Positions 63,326 to 64,000 of a stretch of DNA of 64,000 nucleotides are shown in pieces. The stretch is taken from assembly GCA_040954595.2 (NCBI GenBank), contig CM082580.2, forward strand, positions 8,410,390-8,474,389, given 5' to 3'. The notes under the pieces were generated by a model that was given only the letters and a program-made list of their open reading frames with translations, did no database searches and was not told the origin of the DNA. This stretch comes from Balanoglossus misakiensis. Taxonomy: Eukaryota > Animalia > Hemichordata. The position numbers and the translations under genes are program-made. Position 1 is the first letter of the stretch. Each line of letters opens with the position of its first letter.

Positions 63326-64000
63326 GTAAGTATCAAATCACTTATTTATTTTTTAATAAACCAGGTCTTTGCGTACTGTGTGTTTATTACGCGATAGAAA
63401 AAAAAACCTCTTGTGATATCTTATGTTAACAATTTACTTCGAAACCAAAGTCGCTTTCAACCCCTTGTGATCAATTTTCATAACCAGTGATTTAGATCAC
63501 GTGACCAACGGACACATTAGCAGCTACGTACATGGCAGTTGTATTTTTCCACTGCGTTAACGGAAATAAGCTTTCTTTTGGATTGAACCGGAGCATTTAG
63601 TTCTTTTCGCTTTGACGTATACGGCGAAAGAGACGCTTACCACGTCATTACTTGTAAATTGCCAAGATTTCAAAACAAACGTGTCAACTGTTTAACGGCG
63701 CTCTTTCTGTAACTGATAAAAATCCATGCAGTTGTCTGCGTCTGTCAAACGTTTGTCAACTGAAGTGCGCTGCGTACGTAATCACTAGTCTAAGATCGGA
63801 GTTTATCAAATTCAGATACATCCCGTTGCTTAATATTCATCTTATCACTCAGCATATGCCCCCCCCCCATTTTTTCAGTGTCAAATGGCGCGCGCATCAC
63901 TTTTGACCTATCGCCGTGTGTGTGTATCACTGTCTTCCGCTTCGTGCTCTGTGGCTTAGCTCCGGATCTAGACAACCACGATTAAATTACACTGCAAAGA

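Noticed and set aside
62798-63397. ORF-track boundaries for paralog B
   Set aside because: The GTG start and read-through into the intron are artefacts; the supported exon is 62846..63325.

Overview
Eukaryotic, intron-rich, CpG-rich invertebrate DNA. It is probably a non-chordate deuterostome such as a hemichordate; this is inferred from gene content and repeats, not shown directly. Splice-aware reading supports five genes, three of which the ORF track misses or fragments. (1) The last two coding exons of a CS/p23-domain protein with an acidic tail (+, 40..683). (2) A single-coding-exon ETX/MTX2/aerolysin-type (LIN-24-like) beta-pore-forming protein without a signal peptide (+, 4971..5699). 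(3) A five-exon TEX12-like synaptonemal-complex gene (+, 7001..8811). (4) A complete three-coding-exon kisspeptin-type (KISS1R/GPR54-like) neuropeptide GPCR (-, 34716..16964, 438 aa). (5) The first coding exon of a close paralog transcribed divergently about 28 kb away (+, 62846..63325). The rest is intronic or intergenic and contains TTAA-flanked Kolobok-like MITEs, a degenerate non-LTR RT relic carrying a 224-bp tandem duplication, palindromes and microsatellites. I found no rRNA, tRNA or CRISPR array. The most notable items are the head-to-head receptor pair with unrelated N-termini and a non-canonical TM3 pocket, the leaderless pore-former next to the meiotic TEX12-like gene, and the N-terminally extended TEX12 with a frame-preserving internal intron.
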